In this document: in pieces, positions 39,059 through 50,095 of the stretch
How the letters are laid out: every line of letters begins with the position of its first letter
Position numbering within the stretch: position 1 is the stretch's first letter
Origin: an uncultured delta proteobacterium
GTDB lineage: Bacteria; Desulfobacterota; Syntrophia; Syntrophales; UBA2185
Length of the DNA stretch: 64,000 nt
NCBI GenBank assembly: GCA_963695875.1
Contig: CAVOID010000011.1
Coordinates: 253,326 to 317,325 of the forward strand
Reading direction: 5' to 3'
Made by a program: the position numbers and the translations under genes
Notes under the pieces: generated by a model
Database searches by the model: none
Seen by the model: the letters and a program-made list of their open reading frames with translations, nothing else
Told to the model about the DNA's origin: nothing

Positions 39059-39838
39059 ATGGTAAGACCTATGCCGGCTATATTCTTAGGTCACGGCAAT
39101 CCAATGAACGCATTGCAGCGCAATGCCTGGACTGACGGCTGGTCTGATATAGGTAAAGAAATGCCGCGGCCCAGAGCTGTGCTCGCCGTTTCCGCTCACT
39201 GGTATCTCCCGGCTACCTTAGTAACCGCAATGCCTTCACCCAGGACAATCCATGACTTCGGCGGCTTTCCGCGCGAACTATACGAGGTCAAGTATCCTGC
39301 ACCCGGCGACCCTGATCTAGCCAGGCGCGTGCAGGATCTGCTTGCACCGATCTCCGTTAACCTCGACATGCAATGGGGTATAGATCACGGAACTTGGTCT
39401 GTTCTCTGTCATGTCTTTCCCCAGGCTGATGTACCAGTGATACAACTCAGCATAGACAATAGACAACAGGCGTCATTTCACTATGACATCGGGAAGCGGC
39501 TCGCACCGCTCCGTGATGAAGGTATTCTAATTATGGGGAGCGGTAATCTTGTACATAACCTGCATACCTACGCCTGGGGACAACGCCATATCGAACCATT
39601 CGACTGGGCCATGCGATTCGAAGAGCAGGTGCATGAACTATTGCTCGCTCATAAAGATGGGAATCTCGTCGAGTATGAGAAGTTAGGCAGCGATGCAATA
39701 CTGTCGGTACCTACCCCTGATCACTATTTGCCCTTACTCTATATAATTGCCTTACGCAGAGAGGGCGAACAAGTGAGTTTTCCCGTCAAGGGGTTCGACG
39801 GAGGCTCTATCTCCATGCTCGCAGTAAAAATTGGCTGA
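39059..39838 (+). CDS. ygiD: 4,5-DOPA extradiol dioxygenase family (LigB-like)
   Basis: GHGNPMNA, SAHW, TIHDFGGFP, DHGTW, SGNLVHNL, PTPDHYLP. Confidence 0.9.
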   Translation: MVRPMPAIFLGHGNPMNALQRNAWTDGWSDIGKEMPRPRAVLAVSAHWYLPATLVTAMPSPRTIHDFGGFPRELYEVKYPAPGDPDLARRVQDLLAPISVNLDMQWGIDHGTWSVLCHVFPQADVPVIQLSIDNRQQASFHYDIGKRLAPLRDEGILIMGSGNLVHNLHTYAWGQRHIEPFDWAMRFEEQVHELLLAHKDGNLVEYEKLGSDAILSVPTPDHYLPLLYIIALRREGEQVSFPVKGFDGGSISMLAVKIG

Positions 39839-39850
39839 GTCCGCCACTCA

Positions 39851-40225
39851 TTGATGACAATGCCCGGTATGGAGAATAAATACCTTGTAGAAGATGCCTT
39901 GGATAAAGCAGGTCTTGCGAGGGCAAAAGTGGCTGATGCGAATTCTCTGATCTACCTGGCTAAAGCCAATGAACTGCACGATATCGGGTTCGGTTACGGT
40001 TCTTATAATGAGGCATTGAAGCGGATTAAATCAAGGGTCTTAATGGTTCCCAGCAGCACGGATATTTTGATCTATTCATACAATTCGCGGGATTTCGTCG
40101 AGGCCTTAAATAAGGCCGGTGGGAACGCTTCTCTGTTTGAAATTCCAACGTGGGAAGGTCATATTGGCGGACTGACGGATATACAAAAGGCGGGTGTAAA
40201 GATTAAATCCTTCTTGGCTGAATAG
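39851..40225 (+). pseudogene. C-terminal remnant of a homoserine O-acyltransferase (MetX-like) alpha/beta hydrolase
   Basis: DANSLIYLAKA, ALKRIKSRVLMV...D, GHIG; the catalytic Ser region is absent. Confidence 0.65.
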
Positions 40226-40227
40226 GT

Positions 40228-41146
40228 TTACTTTCTCACCCGGCGAGTTCTCAGGAAAGCTATGGCGCCGAGGAGACCTATTCCTGATAGGATTAAAATG
40301 ATGCCAAGGGCCTCACGCATAGACGGGATTTCGCCGAGCTGAATGGCGGCAGAGACAATTGCAAGTACCGGGGTAACGAGCGTTCCCATCGTTGCCATGC
40401 CCGCCGGAACCCTCTCCAGTATATAAAACCAGAGCAGGAATGCGATGACGCTGACGAGAAGGATATTATAGAGCAGGGCGGCAATGAATACTGTGGGTCC
40501 ACTGGATAGGCGATGACGGCACCAAGATCGAAACAATTATGAGAGGCCCTAAACCGTAAATCATCTGCCAGGTCGTAACCGATACAACATCGAAGTCAGG
40601 GTCCCGCCTCATGATCCGGGTGATGATGGCACTTCCTGCCCATGCCATACCGGAGATCACGGCAAGGATACTTGACCAGAGGTTTGCGCCTACGGCATCG
40701 ACAGCCACAATCAAAGCGAGTCCTGCGAATGCGAGAATGACGGCCAGCCATTCAAGACCCCTGATTCTCTCGCCCAATATAGGCCAGGCCAAGAGGATAA
40801 CCCAGAAGGGCATCGTATAAAGGAGTACGGCTGTTTTCCCCGCATTGCCGCTTACCAGGGCCCATATGGGAAGGCCAAGACCCAGTGTTGTGGAAAGTAA
40901 TCCCAAGAGGACTGTCCATTTTACCTGTCGCGGACGCCAATCCTTTTTCGTCCATAGAAGTATTCCGAAAAGGCAGATAGCGGCCGGGAATACCCGGATA
41001 GCGGCAAACACGAATGGATCGCAGAAACGGAGAGCCTCCTTCATGACTACCCAGTTGTAGCCCCAGATGATGCTCATGACTGCCAGGGCAAGAATAGGTT
41101 TCCCGGTGGTAGTTTCGGAGTTTGTCTTGGCGCACATCGTTGGCAA
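40228..41146 (-). CDS. EamA/DMT transporter split by a frameshift near 40498
   Basis: WGYNWVVMK, YTMPFW, LGER; the second half resumes TVFIAALLYN after a 1-nt shift at ACCC. Confidence 0.85.
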
Positions 41147-41228
41147 ACTTAAGAAATCGCATCCGTTCTGTCAAGAAATTATATAGCAGTGAAGCAGGGC
41201 AAACATCAGTCAAATTTGCAGTATGACG

Positions 41229-41263
41229 CCGGCAGCGAGCGCAAACACCTTCGCTTGCTGGGG
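41229..41263. repeat. Partial family 1 element
   Basis: ccggcagcgagcgcaaacaccttcgcttg matches 15970-15998. Confidence 0.5.
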
Positions 41264-41291
41264 TAATTGATATGGCATGTGGTGGAAGGAA

Positions 41292-41903
41292 TTACTGCAA
41301 TTCTGCTGTCTTCAGGAATGCCTTGACTCCGTGTATGCCTGTGACATTCCGGGCATGGGTAACAACTTTTTCTATTTCCTGTTTTGAACCGACAATACCA
41401 AGAAGGACGACAGTACAGTCAACTGTTTCCACATCCACATTTGTTGACAAGACGTCTTTATCAATTATAAGTCTCATCCTTACCTTAGTGGTTATCGCGA
41501 GATTATCAAGTGTGCTGCATGAATTATTCCGGTCTTTTGGTGAAAGATAGGCTGTAACGGATTTCACGCCTTCCACGCTCCTCGCAATTTCCAGGGAGCG
41601 TTTCTTCTGTTCCTTCAACTCATATTCGCCTACCAGAAAGACATGGCCATCATAACAGAATATAGAAATATCTTGAGCCTTAACCAAATCATCATCTATG
41701 AATTTCGTCAGGACGGCGATCGTAATTTTCGTGTCTGCGGCAATCGTACTTACTTTACGTTCGTCCACAGTTAATTTGTAGATAGAAGTCCCCGCTGTCG
41801 AGGCTATGGTTGTACAGCCGAGAATTAAAAGTGATAAGGTAAGCAATAATGCGAAACACAGTTTCTTTTTCATGTGAGAAAATATATCAGATAGGAGTCC
41901 CAA
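41292..41903 (-). CDS. Dual BON-domain lipoprotein (OsmY/DolP-like); start probably ATG 41873
   Basis: Lipobox ILGC; DTKIT...GHVFLVG...GVKSV, repeated twice. Confidence 0.88.
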   Translation of the reverse strand: MGLLSDIFSHMKKKLCFALLLTLSLLILGCTTIASTAGTSIYKLTVDERKVSTIAADTKITIAVLTKFIDDDLVKAQDISIFCYDGHVFLVGEYELKEQKKRSLEIARSVEGVKSVTAYLSPKDRNNSCSTLDNLAITTKVRMRLIIDKDVLSTNVDVETVDCTVVLLGIVGSKQEIEKVVTHARNVTGIHGVKAFLKTAELQ

Positions 41904-42109
41904 TATTTGTGATCTTAATCACCTTAATTGCGGCTTCTCTTTAATATTGCAACATTTCTTGGTCAACCTTGATTTGTAAAAATCTTTTACTCTTGAAATA
42001 TATTTCAAATTAGTAAAAACTACCCCTGAATTGCCCCACATAAGGGTTCTACAAACAGTATGAACGACGATCGTAAGTCAAAAGATCATTTCATAAATGA
42101 GCTAAGAAA

Positions 42110-43621
42110 ATGTGTCGGTGGAATACTCAATTGAAAGCGCGAGAATCTGATAGCGGACAGACTGAGGAATTTCGGAAGGAGGATTCGCCCCGAATTCTTG
42201 TCGTTGATGATTCTGTGGAAACTCTGATGCTGCTGACAGAAATTCTGACGGATAGTGGATATAAGGTGATCACTGTTTTAAATGGACACACTGCGCTGAA
42301 ATTAGTGGAAGTTGAGGTTCCGGATCTGATTTTGCTTGATGTAAAGATGCCGGATATGGATGGCTACGAGGTCTGCCATAAACTGAAATCAGCCGAGCAT
42401 AGCAGCATGATTCCCGTGATATTCATCAGCGGTCTTTATGAAGCCGCCAGTAAGATCAAGGGCTTCAATGCAGGGGGTGTCGATTACATCACCAAACCGT
42501 TCCAGATCGAGGAGGTATTGGCCCGGGTTGAAACGCACGTGGCTTTAAGTCATTTGCAGAGACAAATGGGGGAGCAAAACATTCAACTTCAGCAAGAAAT
42601 CAGCGAACGTGAGCGTGCTGAACAGGAATTAAGAAAGCACGAAGCTCACCTGGAGGAACTCGTTGCCGAGCGCACCGCAAAACTCAAAGCAACCAACGAA
42701 GAACTGCAACGGGAAATCGCCGAGCGCAAGCAGGCAGAGGAGGCCCAACGGGAGACTGAGGAGCGCTACAGGCTTATAGTAGAATATGCAAACGAAATTA
42801 TCTATCAGGCAGATGTCAATGGGCATTTTACTTTTGTCAATCCGACCACCATAAGACTAACGGGGTATTCAAAGGATGAACTAATCGGGAAACACTATCG
42901 AGAACTCATACGGAAGGACTATAGGGATGATGCAGAAAGGTTTTACGGGATGCAATTCGTTAAAAAGATTCCCAATACCTATTATGAATTTCCGGGGATA
43001 ACAAAAGAAGGAAAAGACATGTGGATTGGCCAGAATGTTCAATTGCTCATGAATTGTGATAAGGTTGTCGGGTTTCAGGCTGTTTCAAGAGATATGACTG
43101 AGCGTGTGAAGAAAGAAGAACAACTCCGAAGTATGAGCTTTACAGACTCTTTGACCCATCTGTATAACCGGCGTGGATTTCTAAACCTTGCAGAACATTT
43201 GCTTAAGTCAGCCGAGAGGTTGGATACGAAGCTGTTGCTGGCTTATATCGATCTTGATAATATAAAATCTATTAATGATACTTTTGGGCATGAGCAAGGA
43301 GATGCGGTTTTGATCGATACTGCCGATATTTTACGAAATACTTTCAGAAAGTCGGATATAATCTGCCGTATAGGGGGAGATGAATTTGCTGTCTTAGCTA
43401 CAAAGTTCGATGAATCATATCCTCAAAACATCATCGACCGACTTCAATATTATATTGACGCCCAGAACTATAAAAGAAAAAAGAAGTACAAAATATCCAT
43501 GAGCATGGGTTTCGCCTTCTATGATCCCCAAACGCCTTGTTCTTTAGATGTTCTTATGGCTAAGGCGGACCAATCGATGTATGAACAGAAGAAGGCTCGT
43601 AAGCAAGATGCTGCCAAATAG
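42110..43621 (+). CDS. Diguanylate cyclase REC-PAS-GGDEF (true start may be 42060 across a 1-nt deletion)
   Basis: ILVVDD, ILLDVKMP, PAS, TDSLT, RIGGDEF. Confidence 0.92.
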   Translation: MCRWNTQLKARESDSGQTEEFRKEDSPRILVVDDSVETLMLLTEILTDSGYKVITVLNGHTALKLVEVEVPDLILLDVKMPDMDGYEVCHKLKSAEHSSMIPVIFISGLYEAASKIKGFNAGGVDYITKPFQIEEVLARVETHVALSHLQRQMGEQNIQLQQEISERERAEQELRKHEAHLEELVAERTAKLKATNEELQREIAERKQAEEAQRETEERYRLIVEYANEIIYQADVNGHFTFVNPTTIRLTGYSKDELIGKHYRELIRKDYRDDAERFYGMQFVKKIPNTYYEFPGITKEGKDMWIGQNVQLLMNCDKVVGFQAVSRDMTERVKKEEQLRSMSFTDSLTHLYNRRGFLNLAEHLLKSAERLDTKLLLAYIDLDNIKSINDTFGHEQGDAVLIDTADILRNTFRKSDIICRIGGDEFAVLATKFDESYPQNIIDRLQYYIDAQNYKRKKKYKISMSMGFAFYDPQTPCSLDVLMAKADQSMYEQKKARKQDAAK

Positions 43622-43849
43622 AAACATTCACACATCCCATTTTGCTGTAATCTCTTTAACCATCTCTAAGTTCGGGTAGTTAATTGGAGGATCTCTTCCT
43701 CGAGCCAAACCCTGCCAATATGATTCGACATCCCACTGCTGCTGATATAATAAAAATCCGGTATAATTTTAATTATAATGTGGTAAAGAATATTAAGCGG
43801 TTTGAGAGACCCAGCGTTCCATTAAAATACATCTATAGCAGACAGCACC

Positions 43850-44740
43850 ATGAATGCTAATCTTAGGTACAGCTCCTTGCCGGAAAAGTTAGCCGACGGC
43901 CTTTGGCTTCTGGGAAACTACTATTTTAATCTCTATCTGGCAAAAGGGGATAAGGCTTCGGCCCTTATGGAAATGGGGGTATCCGCTACGGCGGATGAGG
44001 TTGTGACTCAGCTTGGAAAAATCGGGGTGGCCCCGGATTATCTCATAGTGATGCACCCTCACGGGGATCATATCGACGGCCTGCCGACCCTGAGGGAATA
44101 TTTCCCCTCGGCCCGGGTGATGGTCGGTGTGGGCACTCCGGAATTTCTCGCCCATCCAAAAACTGCGGCCGGCCTTATTTCTGATGATCGGTATTATTCA
44201 GAGTTTCTCGCTCAAAAGGGCCTCGGCGGTCCTCGCCCGCCGCTACGGGAGCCGCCTTCGCTGGAAGGAGCTGTCATTGCATCGGATAACGAAGAGCTGG
44301 ATCTGGGTGGTCTTACTCTTCGGTTCCTTGATGTAGAGGGGCATGCCCTGGGGAATCTTGCTGTTTACATCCCTGAGCTCAGGGCCCTGATGCCTTCGGA
44401 CAGTCTTGGCTTCCGCATTCCCGCTCTCGGCTTTTTTCCCATTTTTTTTACAGGCTACGATGATTACATGGCAACCCTGGACCGTCTGCAGCCTCTTGAT
44501 TGTGAAATCCTGGGACTTCCCCATCAGGGTCCTCTTTTCGGCAAGGCGATCCCGGAAGCCTTCATGACGGCCCGCAGAAATGCAAGCAGTTTGTGGGGAA
44601 AAATCCGGAATGATCAGAGATCGGAGGAAAAGATTATTGAAGAGATTTACAGAGATTATTACCGGGACGAATTAACCCTCTACTCACGGGAGAACATAAT
44701 CACCTGCTGTAAACTGCTTGTCCGCCGGAGCAGGGCATGA
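43850..44740 (+). CDS. MBL-fold metallo-hydrolase
   Basis: HPHGDH, EGHA, SDSLG, PHQG. Confidence 0.88.
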   Translation: MNANLRYSSLPEKLADGLWLLGNYYFNLYLAKGDKASALMEMGVSATADEVVTQLGKIGVAPDYLIVMHPHGDHIDGLPTLREYFPSARVMVGVGTPEFLAHPKTAAGLISDDRYYSEFLAQKGLGGPRPPLREPPSLEGAVIASDNEELDLGGLTLRFLDVEGHALGNLAVYIPELRALMPSDSLGFRIPALGFFPIFFTGYDDYMATLDRLQPLDCEILGLPHQGPLFGKAIPEAFMTARRNASSLWGKIRNDQRSEEKIIEEIYRDYYRDELTLYSRENIITCCKLLVRRSRA

Positions 44741-44767
44741 AATAGGAAATAAGGATATGCGGGGTTT

Positions 44768-46709
44768 TTAAATTTTCCTGCCAATGTGAAAACCTTCTTC
44801 GATAGCCTCTTTGATCGTGCGCGGCTTGACGCAATCTCCGATGGAATATACTTCCGGAACCCTTTCTCTGATCTTTTCATCTAACGTGTAGTTTGCCTTA
44901 AAACCAACCGCAAGCACCACCGCATCTCCTTTGATGAAGCTGGTGACTCCCTCCCGGCTTACCTTTACACCCTCTTTCGTTATCTCCTCTACAGTCGTGT
45001 TTGTTTCCATCTTGATGCCTGCTTTTTTCAATCTCGCGAGAAAGAATGGCCTGTAAGTGGGAGATACATTGTCCGCCATACGTTTTAACATCTCTAAAAC
45101 TGGTGACCTGGTTTATACGCCCTTCACGCGCTCGACCAGAAATTCCGCTGTCTCACAGCCCACCATTCCGCCTCCGACTATGAGGACATTGCCGCTTACG
45201 GTCCTGGCACCGGTCAGCACATCATCCGCCGAGACGACATTCTGACCATCCACACCGGGTATATCCGGAACAAGTGAAGTGGCGCCGGTAGCCACTATCA
45301 GGACATCCGGCTTCCCTTCCTCTATTATCTCAGGGCGCACATCACTCTTAAGCCTGATCGCTACACCGGCCTTCCTGGTGCGGACTGCCAGACTCTTTAC
45401 CAGGGTCATGATTTCGTCCTTGTAGGGCGGTATGGAGGCAATGAGAAGCCGTCCTCCCAGCTCGTCTCCCCTGTCGAAAAGGGTGACTTTGTGGCCTCTT
45501 ACAGCCGCTGTCATTGCCGCTTGCATTCCGCCCGGACCGCCGCCGATCACGAATACCTTCTTCGATCTTTCCGCGGGTTCGATAATGCTTTCCGCCTCTT
45601 TTCCCGCATGAGGATTGACTGAACAGTACGTGGATACCGGTTTTCCCCAATCCTTGTATGTCGTCACGATCTCTGTAAGGCAGTTGGAACATGCCAGGCA
45701 GGGAACGATCTCATCAACTCTTCCCTCTCTTGCCTTGTTGGGAAGTTCAGGATCGGCCAGCAGCGCCCGGGCCATACCGATCAGGTCCGCCTTACCTTCG
45801 GCCAGTGATTTTCTCGGCAATGATGGGGTCATTTATTCGATTGGCCGCAATGACGGGGATGCCGACCCAGCCTTTCACCTTCTCTGCAAGATGCACGAAG
45901 GCTCCTTTCGGGAGTGATGCCTGGACGGTAGGTACAGGTGACTCATGCCAGCCGGTGTAGACGTTAATCATCTGGATACCGGCCTTTTCAAGGATGCGTG
46001 CTACTTTTCTGGAATCCTCTACAGTGTGCCCTCCCTCCATCTGCTCATCGACGTTGAGACGGCAACCGATGGGAAAGTCTTTACCAACTTCGCTTCTTAT
46101 ACTTTCAATAACTTCGAGAATGATCCTCATCCTGTTTTCCAGGCTGCCGCCGTATTCGTCCTCACGTTTGTTGCTGATGGGAGACAGAAAGCGGTTCAGC
46201 AGATAGCCGCCGCCCACGAGCACCTCGACAGCATCAAAGCCGCACTTTCTGGCTCTGCGTGCCGCCTGCCCGTATTCCTTAACAATATGGCGGATTTCTT
46301 CAACAGTGAGAGGTCTTGGCGTGATGCGCATCATCTGGTTCAATACCGGCGACGGGCCTACCACTTCAGGAAGCCCGTCCTTGAGTATCACATGATAAGA
46401 GGTGATGAGCTGCGCAGCAACCTTTGCCCCGTGAACGTGAATCGTGTCCGTCAATCTGCGCACACCCGGAATAAAACGGTCATTGTATAAGCCTGGCTCC
46501 ATAGGTGAGCCTGCCGGAACCGGGGAAAAAGGAACGATAATCAGCCCAGTCCCTCCCTTTGCCCGTTCCGCATAAAAGTTAATGAAACGATTACCGACTG
46601 TCTCATCGCTTTCGCAGAACCCCGTAGTCAAAGGCAGCATTACGATCCTGTTCCTGATCTCCATTGTGCCTATCCTGATAGGGGTGAATAAATATTTGAA
46701 CTGCTGCAT
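44768..46709 (-). CDS. NADH:flavin oxidoreductase (OYE-like, FadH/BaiCD-type, 4Fe-4S plus FAD domain) interrupted by indels near 45810 and 45100-45118
   Basis: NKREDEYGGSLENR, CLACSNC, GGGPGG, GGGMVGCE, IGDC across three ORF pieces. Confidence 0.88.
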
Positions 46710-46831
46710 ATCGATCCCCTCCTTCTTTTTACCGACGATCAGACATTACCAGAAAAAAGCATCCATGTGAATATATTGGTACCATGACAATTGTCTCTCT
46801 TCCCGATGAATGCTTAAAGAAAGACGTACCT

Positions 46832-47896
46832 TCAAGTCCTTGCGAAAAGCCTCTTCAGGGACATAAGTAAAACCATATCACCTTCGACCTTGTATTTTCC
46901 ATCCATTAAAGCCTGCTGTCCGTCAATTTCCTTATTGGCAATGGCAAGCCATATTTCGGAAGGAGTTTTAATAGTCAAGCTCGGATTTGCGGCGACGCCT
47001 TCAGTGAAGATACATTTTCCATTTTCGATTGCGAAAAACCAGTTTCCTGCTTGCTTTCCTGTAACCTCAAATTGAATTACAGCTTTAAGATTCCCAGCAG
47101 CCTCGGCATTGAATGTTGCGGCCATTCCTCTCAGTACTAACTTCATATCATGCGTCGCAGTAGCTGTTACCGGCTTGCCCTCGGCAAGTCCCGAAAGATG
47201 ACTATCCCACCATAGGTTAGCCATTTCGGCAACGTCATTGGGAGAAAGAACCGGTTTTTGAATAATCTCTTCGGCCTCTTTTGATACCCGTCCATCTTTG
47301 ACGACTTCGACACCAGCCCTGAACAAGGCATCAAAAGTATCTTTCCACAGTTCCTTCAAAGGTTCCTGCCTCACAAGTTCACCACCCGGCACCAATATTT
47401 CACCGACTAAAGGCATGCTGCCTGATTCTTCAATATGGCGAAACATGCGACGTAGAGCATCAAAATGCTTTACTTCCGGGAATCCGCAATTGGAGACAAG
47501 CACCATCTTCCTGTTTGTTTCGTATCTGCTGGGATGACGATGAGCATCGCCAATTTTAATAAAATGCGGATCGAGAAGGGGAATAAGCCTCTCTTGAAAT
47601 GCCTTGAGCAATGCTGAAACGGTATAAATATAAAGAGGCGTCGCATAAATGATGATATCGCATTCCCGCACTTTCCCAAGCAATCCGGCCATATCATCCT
47701 TAATGGCACATACTCCTGGAGTTTTCGTCCAGCAGATATAACATCCGATACAATGCCTGACTTTTTTTTCTTTGAGGTAAATTGTTTCCGCTTGTGCACC
47801 CGCACTGATTGCGCCTTCCAAAAATTTCCTCAAAATAATTTCCGTGTTGCTCTCCCTTCCTCGCGGGCTTCCCTGTATAGCTAGAATTTTTATCAT
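46832..47896 (-). CDS. Flavodoxin-like iron-sulfur flavoprotein fused to C-terminal SCP2
   Basis: GSPR, CIGCYICW...C, ATPLY; C-terminal QFEVTG...QALMDGKYKVEGD. Confidence 0.88.
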   Translation of the reverse strand: MIKILAIQGSPRGRESNTEIILRKFLEGAISAGAQAETIYLKEKKVRHCIGCYICWTKTPGVCAIKDDMAGLLGKVRECDIIIYATPLYIYTVSALLKAFQERLIPLLDPHFIKIGDAHRHPSRYETNRKMVLVSNCGFPEVKHFDALRRMFRHIEESGSMPLVGEILVPGGELVRQEPLKELWKDTFDALFRAGVEVVKDGRVSKEAEEIIQKPVLSPNDVAEMANLWWDSHLSGLAEGKPVTATATHDMKLVLRGMAATFNAEAAGNLKAVIQFEVTGKQAGNWFFAIENGKCIFTEGVAANPSLTIKTPSEIWLAIANKEIDGQQALMDGKYKVEGDMVLLMSLKRLFART

Positions 47897-47940
47897 TTTT
47901 CATTATCCTTTGTTTTTTAGATTGTATTGAGACACTAATA

Positions 47941-48891
47941 TCATTGCGATGCCTTTGACGGTGGTCGGAAAATTTGTCCCATCCTGATTAGCAAATTTAT
48001 GTCCCCCTCCGCTTTATAAAGCCCATCCATCAAAGCTTTAGCCTTGTTGATCTCGCCGCGCGCCATCTTCATCCATATGTCGGCAGGAGCAATGATGGAC
48101 AAAGCTGGAGAACTCGCCTCACCTGCACGGGCAGTACATTTTCCATTTGCAATAGATATAACCATATTGAATTCCTCTTCCCCGAAAATCCTGAATTGAA
48201 TATCCGCGGTCAGATCACCGGCAGCATCAGTGTTAAAGCCAGCCGGCATCCTGGTTATCAGCTCTCTCGCCGTTTGTGGGAAACCTGACAAATCGACCGG
48301 CTCAGATGCATAGTTCTTTTTTACATAGTAAACGGGGTATCTCCTGGAAAAAGGAAGACCTATGCCGATGATGAGGACAAACGGGATGACAATGGAAAAT
48401 AAAGGCTTGCCCTGCCCGATCCAGCTTGAAAGAAAAGCAATAAAAAAAATACCGCTGAAAACATACGTAATGCGCAGGTTGATCGTCTTAAACTGCGGAG
48501 TATTCCAGACCGCCTCTGGATGCCACTGCTTGGCAAACGCATAGGTAAAAGGGTTATAACCCAAGAGCTGCGGTACTAAAGTTGTGAGAAAAAGGACAAA
48601 ATAAAGAATTGCTATAGAATAATCCACAAAGACGTAAGATATATTGTCCGGGGTCAGGTAGACCCAGGCCGCTCCGGCAGCGAGATAACCAAGAAATGCC
48701 CTTTCCAGATAAGATGTATGCTTTATATATTTCTTTGCCAGCATGAATTGGATTAGTGCCAGAACAAGGCCGGTAACAGTCGCGGCTTTTGCCCGAGCCA
48801 AATCAGCATCGCCGAAGCGTGCAATGATCTTAAAAACGGCAACTGGAATGAAAGATGTTATGAAAAGAATTATGCTCAAGTTCACGATCAT
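47941..48891 (-). CDS. Membrane protein (about six TMs) fused to C-terminal SCP2
   Basis: Hydrophobic N-terminal half with PFTYAFAK; C-terminal IQFRI...ALMDGLYKAEGD. Confidence 0.82.
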   Translation of the reverse strand: MIVNLSIILFITSFIPVAVFKIIARFGDADLARAKAATVTGLVLALIQFMLAKKYIKHTSYLERAFLGYLAAGAAWVYLTPDNISYVFVDYSIAILYFVLFLTTLVPQLLGYNPFTYAFAKQWHPEAVWNTPQFKTINLRITYVFSGIFFIAFLSSWIGQGKPLFSIVIPFVLIIGIGLPFSRRYPVYYVKKNYASEPVDLSGFPQTARELITRMPAGFNTDAAGDLTADIQFRIFGEEEFNMVISIANGKCTARAGEASSPALSIIAPADIWMKMARGEINKAKALMDGLYKAEGDINLLIRMGQIFRPPSKASQ

Positions 48892-48908
48892 GCCCCCTTC
48901 TCGTAAAT

Positions 48909-49517
48909 TTATTTTTTAATGGTGTCATCATTCTTCACAGTACGAATATCACTTAACTTAATGTTTTTACCTTTCTCCACAACATCCAACGCCGAATCGC
49001 ACCACTCTATGACCATTTTAGCATGCCTGCGGCCATAATCCGCGGTCAGCAGCCAAAAGCGCATGTCATCCCTGAAATCCCCTTTAGTTGCATAATGTCC
49101 AGCCGTTGCATCAAGGCCAGTCCCCAGCTTTTCCAGCAACTTTACATAACGTTCGCGCCACTTTCGGAGATTGACGGCAAGGTCTTTTTTGTCCATCCGG
49201 TTTCCAAAAAATATTTTGGCAAGCATATTATTTTTTATCTGAGGAAAATCAGGCGGCATACTCAGCCAGTTTCGCAATTCCTTCTTCCCAATATCGGTCA
49301 GTTTGTAGATTTTGCGGCTGGGCTTCCCATCCTGATGTTCAACCTTAAAGGACAACCAGCCCTTTTTCTCCATCTGGTTCAAAGTGCGATAGATTTGGGG
49401 TAAAGATGCATTCCAGAATAAATTGATAGATTTTTCGAAAGTCGCCTTCAAATCATAACCGGTAGCAGGGCGATAATTGAGAAGACCTAACAAAGCATGT
49501 GGCAACGACATTTTCAT
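48909..49517 (-). CDS. PadR family transcriptional regulator (with Vir_act_alpha_C-like domain)
   Basis: HALLGLL...TGYDL...QIYRTL...RKIYKLTDIG. Confidence 0.93.
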   Translation of the reverse strand: MKMSLPHALLGLLNYRPATGYDLKATFEKSINLFWNASLPQIYRTLNQMEKKGWLSFKVEHQDGKPSRKIYKLTDIGKKELRNWLSMPPDFPQIKNNMLAKIFFGNRMDKKDLAVNLRKWRERYVKLLEKLGTGLDATAGHYATKGDFRDDMRFWLLTADYGRRHAKMVIEWCDSALDVVEKGKNIKLSDIRTVKNDDTIKK

Positions 49518-49536
49518 CTCCTTATGTGTAACAGAT

Positions 49537-49583
49537 TATATATGCTCATGCATATATATAACAACACATCTAATACTTGTCAA
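49537..49583 (-). promoter_or_regulatory. sigma70 promoter and palindromic candidate PadR operator
   Basis: Minus strand TTGACA (49583-49578), 17 nt, TATATA; palindrome TATATATGC-tcat-GCATATATA 49537-49558. Confidence 0.55.
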
Positions 49584-49799
49584 GAAATATTTTTTCGTGG
49601 AGTACGATATGGCTGAGGTCAATAATGACTCTAGGTATTTCTAAGCTACAGGAGGATTGATTTGATATATTAGAAATTTCAACATCTCAAAAAGTAAATA
49701 CCTTGGAGCTGGAGGTTAATTATATTTGATTGTGACCCCGGCAATTTGATATATATGAAAAAGCGGACCGCCTCTAATTATTAATATCCTTAAATAAAC

Positions 49800-50012
49800 A
49801 TGAACGGCGAAACACCTTCAAGGCAAGATCAAAATAAACAGGAAACAGAAGTCAACTGTTTTTCCTGTTCGCATTTCTTCATTACCTATGAACCGGAGTT
49901 TCCTTACGGATGCCGCGCAGTGAATTTCAAATCCCGTTTGATGCCTGCAAAATTGATGTACGTTTATTCCGGAATAGGCTGCCAGTTATTCAAAAAGAAA
50001 CATGAAAAATAG
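49800..50012 (+). CDS. Small Cys-rich conserved-type protein (often auto-annotated as uracil-DNA glycosylase-like)
   Basis: CFSCSHFFITY...PYGC...FKS...SG..C..F pattern. Confidence 0.7.
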   Translation: MNGETPSRQDQNKQETEVNCFSCSHFFITYEPEFPYGCRAVNFKSRLMPAKLMYVYSGIGCQLFKKKHEK

Positions 50013-50095
50013 AAATCCATGCGTGGATAGAAACATACATCTGTGATATAATTTTTAAGTTCAACCAAAAGTCTTAGTTTTTGCGGAGGTTCATT

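Noticed and set aside
45092..45118. In-frame stop in the OYE gene as programmed readthrough or recoding
   Set aside because: The codon is TAA, not TGA or TAG, and the local sequence is better explained by compensating insertions
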